Assembly (NCBI GenBank): GCA_041658185.1
Contig: JBBAAR010000008.1
Coordinates: 3,723-67,722, forward strand
Source: Elusimicrobiota bacterium
GTDB lineage: Bacteria > Elusimicrobiota > UBA8919
Length of the DNA stretch: 64,000 bases
Reading direction: 5' to 3'
Within the stretch, counting starts at the first letter, position 1. Each line of letters begins with the position of its first letter. The notes under the pieces are model-generated. The model was not told where the DNA came from. It searched no databases and saw nothing but the letters and a program-made list of their open reading frames with translations. Of the stretch, positions 61,204 through 64,000 are shown in pieces. The translations under genes were made by a program, and so were the position numbers.

Positions 61204-63084
61204 ATGTTTTTTTTGGTTTTTAATTCCACATTTATAATTTATCTCTGCACGATGTATCCGACCATATCGCCTTATCGCGATAGCGGCGATATGATTGTTT
61301 CTGCATTTACATTGGGTATCGCCCACCCGCCGGGTTATCCGCTTTATGTTTTATTGGGAAAAATTTTTACCATTTTGATTCCGTTCGGTAACATCGCATA
61401 TAAAGTAAATTTGATGTCCGCATTTTTCGGCGCCGCGGCATGCGGGATTTTATATCTGTTGATAAAAAAAATCGGTGAGCAAATTTTTAGCGATAAAAAA
61501 CCGGTTTTGATTTTCAGTTCGTTGTTTGCAGTGTTTTTGTTTTCTTTAAGTTCATCAATGCACTCTTTAAGCATCGTTTCTGAAATGTATTCTATAAACA
61601 CCTTTTTTGCCGTTTTGATAATTTATTTATTATTTACTACTAAGCCGAGCCAGCCCGGCAACTACACGATACTCGCCGCTTTCTTATTCGGCTTGGGTCT
61701 CGGGAATCATCAAACGCTTGTACTTTTACTCCCAGGAATAACTTATTTACTGATTAAGCGGCTGGGCAAAACCTTTCTACCGTTTACCCTCTACCTTATA
61801 CCCGCCTTTCTTATCGGCTTTTCCGGCTATCTTTTTTTACCTATCCGGTCCGCACAAAATCCTACTGCAAATTGGGGCGACCCGTCGGCAAAGGTTCGAA
61901 ATTTTTACAGAGTGCTCACCCGCGCCGATTATGGCGGCGTCCGTCTTCATCCGGAGAAAAGTCCGACGGAACAGAATTTTTCAACGGTGATAAAAAATTT
62001 CGTTAATTTTTTAAACATATCTATTGAAAGTAAAAACGGCTGGGCTGTTGCGACGATTTTTTTTCTTGCCGCGGGCCTTTATTTAGCATTCAGAAAAAAA
62101 CTTTTTTGGACTTTGTTTTTATTCTGGTTTTTTTCAGGTCCGGTATTTTTTATAATTTCAAATTTACCGCTGACCGATAGAACCTCGCTTCCGATTTTGG
62201 AGCCATATCTAATAATGCCGATGATAGTTTTTACGATATTCGTTGCTTTGGGATATTTTCATGGCATTTTAAGTTTAAGCAGATTTATTGGAGATAAAAT
62301 TGTAATATTTGTGATTTCTGCCGGTATGTGCGGAATAATTTTATTTAACTTGCCGCAGTTGTCAAAACGGTATGAATTCATCGGATACGATTATTCAAAG
62401 GACTTGCTGAAAACTCTGCCGAAAAATTCGGTATTGTTTAATCCCGACGATACAACAACTTTTACCCTTAAATATCAGCAGGATTGTATCCGGAGAAGAA
62501 AGGATGTCAGATTAGCCGTTTTTTACAAAACATTGTGGGGTTACGGGCAACTTAAAAAGAAATATCCTGAAATTTTGCCGGACTATGAAATAAAATCAGG
62601 GATTGAACTTGAGGCCGTGCTTTTGTCATATAATTTTAACCGATTTCCTTTTTATTCCGATAATATAAGCAAAATTCCTCCGGACTATAAAATTACGCCA
62701 AAAGGATTTCTTTACGGCAACTCGGATATTTCATCGTCGGAAAAGATGTTTGATTTTTATGTTTTGCCGCCTCGCACTTTTGGAAAAAACAGGTTTTTCA
62801 CTAAGCAGATAATAAATTATTACTCTGCGGGATATAACAATCTGGGGCTTGTATTTAATGAAAAAAAATTATACAATAAAAGCGTTCCGCTCTTTGAAAA
62901 AGCAATTTCTGTCGACCCGTCGCTTTCTCAGGCGTATAATAATTTGGGTGTAGTGTATTGGGAAAAAATGGATTATGCAAAAGCATCCGAGTATTTTTCC
63001 CAAGCGCTTAAAAATGCTCCGAATGACGAAGGCGTAAAAAGAAACCTTTTTATTGCACAAGAAAAATTAAAGGGTAAAAAATGA
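61204..63084 (+). CDS. DUF2723-family (TMEM260-like) GT-C membrane protein with C-terminal TPRs (paralog of 36787..38529)
   Basis: 626 aa. N-terminal 'YPTISPYRDSGDMIVSAFTLGIAHPPGYPLYVLLGKIFTILIPFGNIAYKVN'. C-terminal TPRs ('AYNNLGVVYWEKMDYAKASEYFSQAL'). Confidence 0.65.
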   Translation: MFFLVFNSTFIIYLCTMYPTISPYRDSGDMIVSAFTLGIAHPPGYPLYVLLGKIFTILIPFGNIAYKVNLMSAFFGAAACGILYLLIKKIGEQIFSDKKPVLIFSSLFAVFLFSLSSSMHSLSIVSEMYSINTFFAVLIIYLLFTTKPSQPGNYTILAAFLFGLGLGNHQTLVLLLPGITYLLIKRLGKTFLPFTLYLIPAFLIGFSGYLFLPIRSAQNPTANWGDPSAKVRNFYRVLTRADYGGVRLHPEKSPTEQNFSTVIKNFVNFLNISIESKNGWAVATIFFLAAGLYLAFRKKLFWTLFLFWFFSGPVFFIISNLPLTDRTSLPILEPYLIMPMIVFTIFVALGYFHGILSLSRFIGDKIVIFVISAGMCGIILFNLPQLSKRYEFIGYDYSKDLLKTLPKNSVLFNPDDTTTFTLKYQQDCIRRRKDVRLAVFYKTLWGYGQLKKKYPEILPDYEIKSGIELEAVLLSYNFNRFPFYSDNISKIPPDYKITPKGFLYGNSDISSSEKMFDFYVLPPRTFGKNRFFTKQIINYYSAGYNNLGLVFNEKKLYNKSVPLFEKAISVDPSLSQAYNNLGVVYWEKMDYAKASEYFSQALKNAPNDEGVKRNLFIAQEKLKGKK

Positions 63085-63087
63085 AAG

Positions 63088-63198
63088 TCACTCGCAAGCA
63101 AATTTTCTTGTGACGCTCGTCAGAACTCGCTCTGCAATTTACTCCTGCAGGGCATAGGTCGTAAATTGAGGCTCTTCAAAAATTTCTTGCTTCGCTCT
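63088..63198 (-). repeat. MITE-like repeat element, copy D (inverted relative to copy A)
   Basis: The reverse complement aligns with 9833-9945 at ~90% identity across ~110 bp. Confidence 0.7.
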
Positions 63199-63217
63199 GG
63201 TAGAGAATGGTTAAAAA

Positions 63218-64000
63218 ATGAATTCGCAATCGCTGAAAGTTTTTTTAGATGGACTAAAAGTTCTCAACATAAAACTTGATAAACGGCAAATAGGACAGTT
63301 TTCAATTTATTTTGACGAACTAAAAAAGTGGAATCAAAGGTTTAATCTGATAGGTCCCGCAACGGATGAAGAAATCATTAAAAGACATTTTTTGGATTCC
63401 TTAAGCGTGCTTTCAGTTTTACCTACACTGCCCGATGCTCCCTGCTTTTTAGATATAGGCACCGGCGCAGGTTTCCCCGGCATACCCGTGAAAATTGTAT
63501 TGCCGGCAATATCGCTGACGCTTTTGGACTCATCAAAAAAGAAAACGGAATTTTTGAGGCATCTGTGCAAAAAATTAGACATAAAAGCAGAAATAATCTG
63601 TAACAGAGCGGAGAGCGTAGTCAAAATGTCCACATATCAAAGTAAATATGATTTTGTCGCCGCAAGAGCCGTAGCCAAATTGTCAACAGCGGAAGAATTG
63701 TGTCTGCCTTTTCTTAAAACCGGCGGAACTTTAATTTTGCAAACAGGAAATAAAACAGATATCAATCTGAAAAATGGAGAAATTATGGAAAAGTTTCGGC
63801 TGCCGGAAAAAATTCTGCCGGGACGAGCGGTTTTATCAATCAGAAAAAAAACCGTAGGATTTACGCTTATTGAACTTATGATAGTTGTTGCTCTCATAGG
63901 CATTCTTGCTTCTATTGCAATTCCTAAATTTGCGGAAATGATTAGGAGAACCAAACAAGGGAAAACAAAGGGCGAGTTGGGAAATTTAAGGAGTGCGATA
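63218..64000 (+). CDS. rsmG: 16S rRNA m7G527 methyltransferase RsmG (GidB), ORF continuing in frame into a type IV pilin-like N-terminus; runs off the window end
   Basis: 'FLDIGTGAGFPGIPVKI' RsmG SAM motif. No stop after the RsmG C-terminus ('...LPGRAVLSIRKK'). Reading continues through an A8 tract (63844-63851) into 'GFTLIELMIVVALIGILASIAIPKF' (class III signal/prepilin motif). Not in the ORF track because it is open to the window end. Confidence 0.8.
   Translation, partial: MNSQSLKVFLDGLKVLNIKLDKRQIGQFSIYFDELKKWNQRFNLIGPATDEEIIKRHFLDSLSVLSVLPTLPDAPCFLDIGTGAGFPGIPVKIVLPAISLTLLDSSKKKTEFLRHLCKKLDIKAEIICNRAESVVKMSTYQSKYDFVAARAVAKLSTAEELCLPFLKTGGTLILQTGNKTDINLKNGEIMEKFRLPEKILPGRAVLSIRKKTVGFTLIELMIVVALIGILASIAIPKFAEMIRRTKQGKTKGELGNLRSAI

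Noticed and set aside
63334-63954. Minus-strand ORFs 63334..63633 and 63637..63954.
   Set aside because: They are antisense to the clearly recognisable rsmG coding sequence and have no motifs.

Overview
This is a low-GC (~35-38%) bacterial chromosomal segment, probably from an uncultivated diderm-like lineage; that taxonomic placement is a guess. It spans the replication-origin neighbourhood.

The minus strand carries archease-rtcB, gyrA, gyrB, a DUF721/DciA gene, dnaN and dnaA. Further along the minus strand sit ndk and parB-parA, with a LexA-like winged-helix ORF between the two par genes. The plus strand carries rpmH-rnpA-yidD-yidC-jag-mnmE, a block of accessory genes, then mnmG, a DUF2723/TPR gene and rsmG.

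Other core genes include serS, rimO, a NikR-controlled Ni/Co ECF transporter (cbiMNQO plus an outer-membrane beta-barrel-like gene), corA, two YibE/F paralogs, yjbQ, a patatin gene and an MBL-fold hydrolase gene.

Accessory content: a HepT/MntA toxin-antitoxin pair; an AT-rich island carrying Fic, a membrane protein, a DNA methyltransferase and a putative restriction endonuclease; an AbiEi/AbiEii pair; a DUF1016 PD-(D/E)xK protein; a small SAM methyltransferase; and four membrane GT-C-like plus TPR proteins (two TMTC/DUF1736-like, two DUF2723).

The most unusual structure is a three-cassette array directly upstream of mnmG. Each cassette (AbiE; DUF1016; methyltransferase) is preceded by a degenerate copy of the first ~34 nt of mnmG (ATGTTCACATATCCGGAAAAATTTGATGTGATTG). 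This looks like repeated site-specific insertion into the mnmG 5' end, with no recombinase visible in the window.

Other signals that existing annotation does not explain:
- a perfect 16-bp palindrome TGTTTCACGTGAAACA at four gene boundaries across 33.3-38.5 kb;
- a ~113-bp MITE-like repeat family with 11-bp inverted ends; one copy carries a ~185-bp GC-rich, highly structured insert that could be a ncRNA;
- an Endonuclease-I::GH53 fusion protein;
- a (GATA)7 microsatellite in the promoter of a Gly-rich surface protein;
- an rsmG ORF that runs in frame through an A8 tract into a type IV pilin-like N-terminus;
- an AT-hook-like N-terminal extension on GyrA;
- a 28-bp perfect palindrome shared between the Ni locus and the cassette array.

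No rRNA, tRNA or CRISPR array was recognised by eye.
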